From assembly GCA_010015805.1 (NCBI GenBank), contig ML978122.1, forward strand, positions 592,453-656,452: a stretch of 64,000 bases of DNA, read 5' to 3'. Both the position numbers and the translations under genes were made by a program. Under the pieces are notes generated by a model that saw nothing but the letters and a program-made list of their open reading frames with translations, was not told the origin of the DNA and searched no databases. Below are positions 24,281 through 35,799 of this stretch, piece by piece; positions within the stretch are counted from its first letter, which is position 1, and the number at the start of each line of letters is the position of its first letter. The stretch is from Rhizodiscina lignyota. Its lineage: Eukaryota.

Positions 24281-26380
24281 ATGTGGAACTCAGCAGTTGT
24301 GTCACGCGTCCTCTTCGCAGGACTCGCGCTCTCGAGCGTAGTCGCCGCCGTTCCTGGAAAGAGCAAAGGAGGTTCTCAGCAGGAGCCTCCACCACCAAAG
24401 GGCCAGTCTTTCAAGAAGGAGTACGATTTCATCATTGTTGGCGGTTAGTCCTTTCCAAACTGTACTTTTGGCCCACCTCCTGACAATATCAACAGGTGGC
24501 ACTGCCGGCCTCGTTTTGGCCGACCGCCTTACAGAGAGTGGCAAGTTCGAGGTCGTAGTGCTTGAGTATGGCGGCCTGCCTACCGACGTCGAGTCTTACA
24601 GCACTGCCGGAGGCAATCAGTATCTTGGATCCAGTCAGATTGATTATGGTTTCTCAACCGTTCCTCAGCCACAGATGGGCGGCCGCATCATGCCGTACCA
24701 CCGTGGTCGATGCCTCGGTGGAAGCAGCGCAATCAACGGCCTCTACTACGGAAGGGGAACTTCGACCATCTACGACAAATGGGAATCCCTTGGCAACCCA
24801 GGCTGGAGCTGGGAAGATGTCCATCCTCTCTTCATCAAGGCAAGCTTCTCATTGACAGTTCAATCGCATAACTTTGAGCTGATAGAGTCCATCGCAGTCT
24901 ACAACCTTCGTGGGCAACCCGGCACACTCAACTGATCCACGTTTCGAAACCCACGATGCCAATGAATACTCCAACGGCCCACTCCAGGTCGGCTATCAGG
25001 GCTTCATTCCGAAATCGAACGTCCCATTCATCAAGGCCTGCAACGAGTCTGTCCACACCCCGATCTTGCACGATTTGAACTCAGGAGACAATCGTGGCGT
25101 GAAGCAGGGGACAATGACGTTCGATGCCAACTTCATGCGCAGCTCGAGCTACGACAGCTACTACATGCGCGCCAAGGACAGACCGAATCTTACTACGCTC
25201 ATTCGCGCTCCGGTCTTGAATGTCAACTTCGAAGGTGAGGGTGAAGACCTGACTGCTGTCGGCATCACCTTCTTGGATGAGTCTTCGGGCCTTGTTTCCA
25301 ACATCACGGCAAAGAGGGAGGTCATCTTGTCCGCTGGTGCTTTCCATTCTCCAGCATTGATGATGGTTTCTGGCATTGGACCGCAAGCAGAGCTTGAGAG
25401 CGTTGGAATTACTCCAATCCTCGTCAACGAAAATATTGGCCAGCACATGAATGATCACAATGCTTTCTCAGGTAACCAAGCGACTTCCTCTGCGACAATA
25501 GCTCACATGCTAACATCCAACAGTCATTGCCAGGGTCAAGCCAGAGGCGTCAACTTCCGACATTGGGAACGACCTTGCTGTTCTCCAGAATGAACAGAAA
25601 GAGTTCTACTTTGAAGGCTTCACCGAAAGATGGCACAGCCGCTGGTCTGCTCCCTCCGGATGCACCAACTGTTTCCAGGAGCTTCCGGACGAAGAGCTGA
25701 GGAGCTTTGGCGCGCAGGAGATTATTGACTTGAACATCACAAACCAGGCTCACATCGAATATCTCTACGAATCGATTGCGTATCCCGGCGGCGCAAATAA
25801 GTTCTTCACTCCGCTGCCCAACGAGTCGTACATCTCCATGACCGCTTCCAACTTGGCTGCAACGTCAAGAGGCAATGTCACGATTGGCTCCAGATCTATC
25901 CTTGACTATCCGACCATCAACCCCGCTTATTTCACGACTGATGTGGATAGGAAGATGGCCATTCACTCTTTCAAGTATCTCCGTGCGCTCTTCAAGAACC
26001 CCAACCTCTCTGTTTTCCTGGATGGACCAGATGCAGAGGTGGCCCCTGGCAGTGCCGTACAGAGTGATGATGACATTCTCGAGTATGTATTCCCATAAGC
26101 AGTTTCATTGTTCTGAGCCAAGCACTAAGCAAGCTTCTCTTACAGCTGGGTCTACACCAATGTCCTTCCCAACTGGCACGCATCCGGTACCAACCAAATG
26201 ATCCCCAAGGACAAGGGTGGTGTCGTCGACCCACGGCTCCGTGTCTATGGTGTCAAGAACCTCCGCATCTGCGACGTCAGCATCATTCCATTCCTCCCAG
26301 ACGTCAACATTGTCGGCCCCGTCTACATGATCGGCGAAAAGGGTTCAGAATTAATTAGGGAGGATCATGGTGACCTCTAA
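24281..26380 (+). CDS. Secreted GMC oxidoreductase (AA3-like), multi-exon
   Basis: Signal peptide; YDFIIVGG|GTAG FAD motif; RGRCLGGSSAING; EVILSAGAFHSPALMMVSGIGP; WHASGT and GVVDPRLRVYGVKNLRICDVS...DVNIVGPVYMIGEK (His/Asn pair). Confidence 0.93.
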
Positions 26381-27149
26381 ATGGAGCTCCACGGCTTCTC
26401 GTGCAGTAGATGCCACGGGCTTGTCAGCTTTGCATTTCCTTGCTTTTTTCCGATAGCTGAAAAGATCGATTTCTGATTGTAATAAGACGGTACTCGGCTA
26501 GTGGACCTGAAAGTTAGCAGTGACATGTAATCAAATTAAGCTTACTTTGCTCCCCTACCTTCTCCGATACCTCTTTAAGGCATTAATGGGGGGCGACGAC
26601 AAGGACTTGAGCTCGACCCCAGGAGTGATTCCAATGAATGTACTACCGCACAATAGGTAAGGCTCAACCTTGCAACCAAGGTCAGCATAGTGGGAGAGAG
26701 GGCATATTGCATGAAGTACCTGTAGTAAGCTTGGGGTCAGCAAAACGATTTCCGTGGGTGTTGGTGATCCCATAACCCCACAATTTGGCGTGTGGCGACC
26801 GAAGGGTTTCGAGTTGTTAGCGGCCTTTTGTGTCCTTTATCTTATCAGCAAGATTAAATCTTGATCGGGAGTGTGGACATTTGCCTGAAATGGTATCGCG
26901 TAGGATATCGCGAGGTACCATGGCCTCGGGCTCGATCTGAGATGCGTTACATCAATGAACTACTCAATTGATCCTTTCTCCTATTTGGAACAATCTTGAA
27001 TGACGTCCAACTTCGAGCACACTACATCCAGCTTCGAGCATCTCTCTGACGTAGCATCCAAACAGCAATTGCTCCAAAGGATACAGTAGACCGTGCGAGA
27101 TTGGCTTATCGCACCTGGTATCGGCGTGAACATTGATCGCACAATTGAC

Positions 27150-28227
27150 ATGGCGCCAGTACATGTCGATTCAGCCGTCGAAAAGGACAATCTCTTCATT
27201 CCGGTAAGCTTCCCGAACTGGCTTCAAGTTCCTCTCTTGCTAACATGCCCGACTTCAGCTAATTGACTTCTCCTCCTTCATCGACGGCACGCCGCAGGAA
27301 GCGATCGCCACTGCGCAAGCCATCCTCTCAGGCTTCCAGCGCGCAGGCTTTATCTACCTCAAGAACCATGGCATCGCGCCGTCCACCGTGTCCAACGTCT
27401 TCGCGCAATCGAAATCCTTCTTCGAGAGGCCGCAAGAGCAGAAAGATGCGCTGGCGTGGTACGCTCCCGAAGCGAACAGGGGATATACGGTTTTTGGGCG
27501 GGAGAAGGTGACGCAGTTGGAGGATAAGGACGATGTTGAGGCGCTGAAAGCCGCGCTGCCAGACCTGAAGGAGAGCATGGAGATTGGGCGAGATGACGAG
27601 CCTGGGTTGCCGAATATGTGGCCCGACCGCTTCGACGAAGCTGGCAAGGAGTTCAAGAGCACGATGATGGGCTTCCACGACGAGTGCAAGCGGCTGCATA
27701 TCCGATTGATGCAGGCGATTGCTGCGGGCATGGGAATTGACCCGTCGTGGTTTGATGGATTCACAGATAGGGGTGACAATACGCTGAGGCTGCTGCATTA
27801 CCCACCTGTTTCCCGGGAGACGTTCACGCAGAAGAAGGGACAGGTCAGGGCAGGAGAGCACTCAGACTACGGCTCTATCACACTGCTGTTCCAAGACTCG
27901 CGTGGAGGTCTACAGGTCGAGAGCCCGAACGGTACATTCGTCGATGCAATGCCGATCCCGGATACAATTGTTATCAATGCGGGAGACTTGCTGGCGAGGT
28001 GGTCGAATGACACCATCAAGAGCACGAAGCATCGCGTAGTGGAACCGCCACGGCCGCCGGAAGAAGGAGACACATACCCGGCGCGGTACTCGATCGCGTA
28101 CTTCTGCAACCCGAACTTCGATAGGCTTATCGAAGCCATTCCTGGTACATTCGAGGCGAAGGGCAAGAAATATGAAAGCGTTAATAGCGGGGACTATCTG
28201 GTCAGGAGACTAACGGCAACATATTGA
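27150..28227 (+). CDS. Thymine dioxygenase (thymine-7-hydroxylase), 2OG-Fe(II) oxygenase, 2 exons
   Basis: IP|LIDFS, PEANRGY..FGREKVTQL, LRLLHYP, VRAGEHSDYGSITLLFQDSRGGLQV, WSNDTIKSTKHRVVEPP, RYSIAYFCNPN and YLVRRLTATY closely follow Neurospora T7H as I recall it. Confidence 0.9.
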
Positions 28228-28355
28228 GCTTGCTTGATGTCAATCACATCAATCTCTTTGCGCAGCGCGGTAGGCCTCAATGGTGACAAAATACTTGGCC
28301 GCCATGCAAGCTGTAACGGTGAAGGGCGAATATCTCCTGCACTTCAAGGTAAACT

Positions 28356-28660
28356 AGACTATCTCTGAAAGCTCAGTTCTATGTTTCTTCGAGTGTACTA
28401 AACAATAGCGGACCGTTGCAAAACTTGTACATTCCATTAGCTAGACTGTCTACACCGTAGCCGCTAGTCAAGTAATAACGCCTAAAGACGAGCAGCTTTT
28501 GCTCCATAAGGGTAAGCAGGATCATTTTTGAAAGCTCAATTCCAAGTTCTTTAGAGTGTACATTGGGAAGCGAGACTATCTCTGAAAGCTCAGGTGTCAG
28601 TCCTTCGGAGTGTCCTAAATCACAGCAGCCTATTGAAAAGAGTTGTACATTTCATTTATT
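28356..28660. repeat. Degenerate direct repeat (~85 bp units, 217 bp apart)
   Basis: AGACTATCTCTGAAAGCTCAG identical at 28356 and 28573, each followed by GAGTGT.CTAAA...TTGTACATT; partial third copy near 28530. Confidence 0.7.
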
Positions 28661-29564
28661 ACGGAGGCTACACACTGTTACTATTCAGCATCTTGAAAAC
28701 CTGCAGCCCCTTTCTTCCGCAGATAGCGATCCTGTGTCTCGATCTGATGTGACATTCAATAGAATACTATTGTCGGGGATCTTATATCAGTCGGTATTCT
28801 CAGCCTCAACCTTGATGCGGATTTCTCTGAAGTGTTGGCTATGAGCTTTAGCAGAATGTAACCAGTCGTATGGCGCCCTCATCTTTTCAATTGTCGTGTT
28901 TCTCGCAACCTTTATCCTCCATCCAGCGACAGCTACAAAAACCACCTCCTGTCATATCTTCCAACAGCGATCTCTTTCACTCAACAAAACAAGCAAGGCA
29001 AAGAACAATCGAGAAGCAGGGCCAACCTTACTAACTTTCTAATCGGTGTCAATCCATACAACGAAAAGACTCGGGCCATAGAAGCTGGATATAATAAAAC
29101 TCTCATAGCGGACGGTAACAATCAATATGTTAAAGAATATACGACAGCTATCGGAGATACTCTCGTATCTTCTGAATATGTAGCAAAATGTACTCGTTCA
29201 AAACGTTACCATCACAGCCGCGCTCATGTGCTATCACCCTTGGGCCAGGCCCTTCTTGCTCCTGATTGGAACTGTGCATCTAAGTCAAACACACTCTAGA
29301 GCATATACAACCAACCATTCGGCAATGCTCTCGCTCTCTTCGAAGAGGAAAATTTATTCTTTTCAGTACGGCATAACCACTACGAGCAACTAAGACGTTG
29401 AGGAAAAGCGGGGCACCATGTTAACTCGGCTTAGAGTATTTCTAAGTAGCCGCAAATTATCAGCCGAACCTACCGGCGAACTCTTAATTACCTCCTCGAT
29501 ATAATTAGCAGTTCTACGAGACCGCTCTTAATAAATACACTGTAGTCCTGGTTACGTGAAGAAT

Positions 29565-30291
29565 ATGCACTTCGTAATTGAAGTCGTCTCGGACACTGTG
29601 TGCCCATGTAAACGTCCTCGAAAAATTTGCCTAACAGAGAGTATCTGACTCCACCTCAGGGTGCTACATTGGCAGTCGTCAGCTCACGCGAGCAATATCA
29701 GAGTACAAGCGCCTGCATCCAGAGCGCAACGATACATTTTCCGTCTCTTGGAAGCCGTTTTACCTGAATCCAAACGCCCAACAAGGAGTCAGCGCCGACA
29801 AGAGAGCATCCTACGTCAAGCGCCATGGGGAAGCAGGCGCTGAAGCAATCTTTGACAGGATTGCTAAAGCGGGTCAAGCCCCGGGAGTCGGCATCAACTT
29901 CAAATTTGGCGGCCGTACGGGCTCCAGTAGAGACTCTCATTGCCTGATACACCATGCTGGGCTGAAGAGCTCGGATGTACAGACACGTCTCGTTAATGCG
30001 CTTTTCAGAGCGTACTTTGAGGAAGAGAAGGACATTTCACAGCAGGAGACCCTACTTGAAGCAGCCCAAAGAGCTGGAGTGGATGAGATCGATGCGCGGA
30101 TGTGGTTGACGGATCAGGCTGAAGGGACAAAAGTCGATCTGCAGGCTGCATATGCGAGGGAAAAAGCAATCAATGGTGTGCCACATTTTACGCTCAACGG
30201 AAGGTTTGAGATTACAGGAGCGCAGGAAAGCCTTGCGTTTGTGAGACTCTTTGAGCGGCTGGTGAAGCTGGAGGAGAGAGCGAAAGTGTAG
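29565..30291 (+). CDS. DsbA/FrnE-like thioredoxin-fold protein; intron 29608-29659
   Basis: Spliced IEVVSDTVCPWCYIG (CPWC), WKPFYLNP, GINFKFGGRTGSSRDSH, INGVPHF, GAQ. Confidence 0.9.
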
Positions 30292-30505
30292 TCGAAACCA
30301 CTTCCGTGCCAATTCAATGATTGAATATCATTTCTTTCATTCTCTAAACAGAAGGAATGTCGGGGTTTGACTGGTTTGAAATTTTCACTATTTTAGAGTG
30401 ATCGCAAGTTTAGACTTCCACGCTTTCTCGCACTCCGGCCCATTTTCTCCATCGTCCCACTCATTCGCGGATTTCTTGAATCCACGCACATCTCCGTTAT
30501 TCAAA

Positions 30506-32255
30506 ATGCCTTCGATTAACAACCCATCTGGCAAAAGGAATCCGGCTCTTGTAATTCCTTCTCCATTCCAACTCAGTTTGGCTTTGGCGGTGGTAAAGAC
30601 AAAGCCGGATGGTCTTGCACTTAGAGGTGCGCGCCCATCTGACGCGTTTTTCAGCGTACTTTATGCTAATGCCAGCCAGGATACATTGAAACATTGCAAG
30701 TTCGATTGTCGGCGCGTAAAGATGCGGCTCCCTACGCAGAAAAGTCCTACGTCGATGGCGTCGCACATTGGAAAGCTCTGTACGAACGAGCCGAGACCGA
30801 CAAGGCATCTCTTCAAGGAGACAACACCAAACTACAACATGAGCTTGAGAAACTCAAAGCAGAAGTAAAGGAAATAAAATTCCAAGGCGCGCGTCCAGAG
30901 AAGCGCAAGAATGCAGGAGATGCGCTGCCGCAAGCTAAACGCGTCCTGCGCTCAGGCACTGTGGCAATTTCGCAGAAACCGGAAGAAAATATAGCAAATT
31001 CAGACTATGGCATGCTAAAAGATGAGGCCGAAGGTATGTTCGCGCCTGTGCGCTGTCATGATTAATCTCAAGGCTCACATCATTTCTAGGACCACTGCTG
31101 CTGCACCACCTCTTCATGGCACACAAACTCCTAAACGATCCTAAGCTAGACCTCGAATCACTCGCACTGCATCTCATCCAAGCCTCTACAAACATCGTTA
31201 CATTGCTCTCAGAATCATGCCAGCATTTAGTCGATGAAGCACTCGCCTCGCAGCTCGGTCAGCACACCCGTACACAGACTATACCAGACAGCATCTCGTG
31301 CCTTCTGACGCCTGTGGCACGATCGGTCACTTCGATGCTACATGGACTGGGCCAAATTGCGGGCAAAACTTCAAGTCTTGGTGGAAGAAGGAAGTTTGAA
31401 GGAGCCGTCGTGTACGCCTACGTCGCAATGTTCAAGGGCATTGCTGATCTGGTCACATTGATGTCCTTTGGACGCGCAACTGTCGAAGTGGTCATCGCAA
31501 CGGGTGGTGAGGGAAGTAAAACCGAGAAGAATATAGCAGCTGGAAAGGACAAGCAAGCACGCACGGCACAAAACCAGACCCTTCAACAACTCTCCGACGC
31601 CTCAGAGTCGCTTTGCAACCTCTTGATAGCCACACTATCACAGCTCTCTCCAGCGCAGAGTATACATCAGAAGCTATTTGAAGGATGGCTTTGTATCATT
31701 CTCGCCCGCGCAGCCGACTGTCTGAACCTTTTGACATTCACTCGTGCGAAATGCAACGTACCCGTCAAACTCAACCCAATCAAAGGATACGAAGACGATG
31801 CTGCCATCGACAAAGCTGCTGCCAGTTACGAGGGAATACATATCGGAAAGCTCCTTGAGCGAGGCATCTCACTGACGCCAGCCTTTCTATCGCCGCAAGC
31901 TGACGTCGCCAAGCCTGGCAGAAGAAAGACTGTTAATCCTGCGACGGCAAAGGCATCAACTCCTGCCTCGAGAACCGCAATTCGAGCCCTGGACAAGCTT
32001 TCTCTCAGCGAGATGGTCAAAGAGAAGCTGCAACGGACGTTAATGACATGTATGTTCGGGAAGACGAAAGGGGAGGAGGAAGATGACTTCTTCGACTGCT
32101 TGCAGATGCCGCCATGCATTAGTGTGGCTGGCCCGCACAGAAACAAAGCTGAGAAGACGGAGATGTATGAAGATCCAGAGGGATGGTTCAAATACAAAGT
32201 CTGGAAGTTGATGGGGTGGGAAATAATCGGAAAGGAGCTTGATGATTGGGCGTAG
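30506..32255 (+). CDS. Hypothetical fungal protein with coiled-coil N-terminal region, 3 exons
   Basis: ORF pieces 30506-, 30694-31033 and -32255 joined by GT-AG introns; long terminal ORF ending WFKYKVWKLMGWEIIG. No family recognised. Confidence 0.7.
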
Positions 32256-32370
32256 TGGAGACGAGTGGCCGCAATTCAGAGTTGCTCTAGTCGATCGCTG
32301 TACGTTTGAATAACGACAGCCCTTCTTCGAACCAAGCGAGATCATGCGTTAAGCTTGTATTCTATTATAG

Positions 32371-33300
32371 ACTTGCCGTAAATATAGCAAAGTCGACTAC
32401 ATTTTCAGCTTCTGTTCGATTGTCTATATACCGTTCACGCCGTAAAGTTCCGTATTCCTTAGCCCTTTATTCAATTATATCGGGAGTCTATTTAATACAA
32501 CTTCTCTAACTCGTTAAATTCCGTGTATTTACGCCTTGTCCGTCGGATATACTGTTCGAACACTCTCTGTAGAAGCGTACATTCCCCAAGTCCTTTATCG
32601 TATACACAGTAAAGTCAATTCTAGCTTGTATATAAAGCGTGTATTCTATTATAGATGTACTGTAAATATCGTAAAGTCGCCTATGTATTAAACTTTCGCT
32701 CGAATAATGACAGGAGCTACTTAATACGCTTTCGTCGACTTGGTAAATTTCGTGTATTTACGAATGATCTATCTGATGAATTGAGCGGTATTACCTGTAA
32801 AGGCATATATTTCCTAAGCTTTCTGCCCTAGGCGCCGTAAAATCTAAAGCTTGTTAAGGTTTAGTTCTATTAATTCTAGAGTGTATTGAGTAGAAATACG
32901 CGACTTAACGGAAATACTTTAATATAAACCGTAGTTACTAGACGTGACAAGCGACGGTACGCCTTAAAGCTTAACCTAACGTCCTCGATACTATATTTAC
33001 TCAGAGCATCCATCGAGAGCTGTAACACTCTAAGGCCAGCTAATTATACTCCATAATGTAAGCGAGAGCACGTGAGAAAGTTTGATTAAATATAAATCGG
33101 AGTGTGTTTGACGGAAATGCATGACTTAGGCGTGGATACTCTGTATGTACTGAAGATTATATTAGCTAAGAGCATCCGCGGAGGACTGTAACGCTCTAAG
33201 GCAAGCCAATCACGCTCTACAAGGCAATCGAGATCACGTGAGAAGGGTTGGTTATAGATATATTGGAGGATGTTTGACGGAAACGCGCGATCGCAGCGTG
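32371..33300. repeat. AT-rich degenerate tandem duplications (~290 bp pair, then 166 bp pair)
   Basis: GTAAATAT..AAAGTCG and TAAATT.CGTGTATTTACG recur in ~32375-32535 and ~32660-32765. GAGCATCC...CTGTAAC.CTCTAAGGC...CACGTGAGAA...TGTTTGACGGAAA recurs at 33004 and 33170. Confidence 0.8.
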
Positions 33301-33312
33301 AATGACTTGTAT

Positions 33313-34089
33313 TTATTCTCCCAAAAAAATAACCCCCCCATTGCTCCGCACCCACCATCTATCCTCCCACTCGTTGGCCCTCCGTATGAGCTCCCACCCA
33401 TCCCGCAGGCTCAGCCCCATCCAATTCTTCATACCTCCTTGCGACCACAGCGCGCATGCCAGCGCAGATAGGGAAGGATCATCCAGCCACTGCTCCTTCG
33501 TTCCGTCATTGAAACAGGTGTACCGCAGCCGGTACCAAGTATCCGTCTTCACCCACCGGCGTTTTTTCTCGGGCATGAAGCTGCACCTTAGCTGGATGCC
33601 AGCCGTGCCGAACAGCGTCGGCGTCGGAAAAATGGGGACATGACGGCGAGGCCGACCACTCTCCGCCTCGGAGATGATCGTCTCCCGGTATGGCGCATCA
33701 TTGCGCGGAGGAGAGGTGGTGATCTATTAGGTAGGGGCTTTGTTTAGTAAGACTTGTTGCATAATAGGAATGGAATAGCATGGAGAACTATATGCTCGTT
33801 ATTAGCTTACTTGAAGGAAGATTAGCTCCCCTTTCGACTCGTCCTTGCCAATAACCACGACGAGGTGTCCGAAAGCGTCTTCATGGACGTCGGGAGGGAG
33901 GGGGATGCCGTTCTCCTCGCACTCTTTCTTCTCCCTCAGCCAGAGGATCATGCCCTGGTGGATGGCATGCCAATTGCCATATCGTGCGCCGTCGGCCAGC
34001 CTCGATGGCGGGCCAGATTCTATGTCTGGCAGTGGTGGTGTTGACGGTGGTTGCGGAGGAGGAGGAATCGAAAGTGCTGGTGATGCCAT
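33313..34089 (-). CDS. 229-aa hypothetical protein with PemK/MazF-like pattern (paralogue C); intron 33810-33724
   Basis: Exon 1 ...IHQGMILWL...EDAFGHLVVVIGKDESKGELIFLQ spliced in phase 0 to ITTS...RHVPIFPTPTLFGTAGIQL...RWVKTDTWYRLRYTCF; frame intact. The fold assignment is inference. Confidence 0.75.
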
Positions 34090-34583
34090 CTTGTGGGTGC
34101 TGAGATGGATGGTCCGCTTGACTGAAGAGAGAAGTAGAAGATGGAGAAAGAGAGCAGAGTTTATATAGGAATTGAAGAGACGCTAGGACCGCGGAAAATT
34201 TTCTATTGTTCCAATTCACTATTGATGAACGGCTCCGCGGCAATAAGGCAGCGACGTAAATGTGATCCAATCAAAGGAGCTATACATGCCTCAGAAAGTC
34301 TAATTGCTCTTTTCAAAAGCTAGGACCCATTTTTAGTGTATACTCGAGGCGGCACAAGCACTTCAGACCCAACACAGTCAGAAATTGCCGGCCTCGCAAC
34401 CTTGTTCGAATGGTTCGAGTTTCCTCGAAAACTCTGAAACACCATTGTTCATTCAATGGAGCTTTGATGGGCACCCATTTTTGGTTGATGCCTTAAGCTC
34501 ATCCAAGGCATCCATTCTCGTGAGATCCTGTAGTGTTACTCCTTCCGTACGGTAGGAAAACCAAGGGAGTTCCCCTCTGGCCC

Positions 34584-34830
34584 GAGCTCTTTGAATAGAC
34601 ATGTGCTGCCTGGCTCCACAATAGTGTTGTATCTCAATAGCGTTTCATATTCTCCCTGGTAACCCGCCACCGTTATTCATATCTAAATCGTAATTTCCTG
34701 CCTTTAGTGGGGCTCTTTACAATAGCAATTTGCTGCCTGGCTCCGCAACTGTGTTGCATCTCAATAGCACATTCGTCATGGCAATACGCCACCGCTACTC
34801 AATCGTCATTTCTAGTTTCCGCGGATCTTC
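34584..34830. repeat. 127-bp-period tandem duplication upstream of paralogue D
   Basis: TGCTGCCTGGCTCC.CAA..GTGTTG.ATCTCAATAGC...CGCCACCG at 34604 and 34731. Confidence 0.85.
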
Positions 34831-34906
34831 TCGATGTATTAAAGCTCCTCTTAGTAGTTCATTCTTTGCTCCTTTCTCCAGAAAGCCTGTCACACCACTC
34901 ACGGCA

Positions 34907-35649
34907 ATGGCAGGCAAAACCGACGACAACATCGCCCCCGCCCAGGCTTGGGCAAAACTACGAGGAGCAGAAGCAAGAGCAGAGAGGAGCGCAGAGCGCA
35001 GCTCTTCTCCACCCCTCCCAAAACCGTCGCTCACGTTCTCCGGCCGACCATCATGGGATAATGACGGCAAAATGTACCAGTTCTGGGCCAAAATTCGGAA
35101 GGGCGACGTCGTGTGGCTCGAGCACCTAGAGAAGTGCGAACGGCGAGGCCTCCCCGAGTCTCCCATTGACGATGAGGCACACGGCCACTTGTGCGTCGTG
35201 ATCGGCAAGGACCTAGCGCGTGGGAACTTGACCGTCGTCCAAGTGAGTTACTAGCAGCATCGGGCTCTACCATGCTGTTCCATCCCCTTAGGTCGACAGT
35301 CTTACTAAACACAGCCATGGCTATAGATCACCACCAGTAAGAAGTCGCGCGGAGGGCCCGGAGTGGGCATACCGGGTACCTCGCGATAGCCCCGACTCCA
35401 GCAGCACCAGGCACTCAGGGCATCGTATTGGAGTACCAGAGACGCACCAATGGCCGGCAACGGTACCTGAAGGCGGAGCATCCTTACGTACTCCGGTACA
35501 CCTACTTCTCCAGGAGCACGCATGAGCGGAGCTTGAAGGGGAGGTCCTTGCAGGCAGTAGCGAGGTGGCTGAGGACAAGAGGGCTGATAAGGCACAACCT
35601 TGCCTTGACTTGGGGGGATAGGGAGGAGCTGGAACAGTTAGCAGGATAA
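34907..35649 (+). pseudogene. Paralogue D of the PemK/MazF-like protein; intron 35243-35326; frameshift early in exon 2
   Basis: IRKGDVVWL...DEAHGHLCVVIGKDLARGNLTVVQ|ITTS with the same intron position as C. The spliced frame stops at 35387-35389, while homology (YLAIAPTPAAPGTQGIVL...RYLKAEHPYVLRYTYF) continues in another frame to 35649. Confidence 0.7.
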
Positions 35650-35799
35650 AAAATAAAAAGCAAGCACGGCGAAGTCGCGCAATTCTGGTAAACATACCCT
35701 CAAGTATACGTCATATAACGTCCACACGTGACCTTGATTGCCTCGAAGAATGACATAATCTTAACTTGGAGCGTTATAGTTCCTCGGCTAGTGGCCCAG

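Noticed and set aside
32371..33300. Repeats considered as a CRISPR-like array
   Set aside because: Eukaryotic context; units are long, degenerate and two-copy, with no constant repeat/unique spacer structure and no cas genes.
35340..35389. Programmed -1 frameshift in paralogue D
   Set aside because: No X XXY YYZ slippery heptamer in the correct frame; paralogue C is continuous here, so an indel or sequencing error is simpler.
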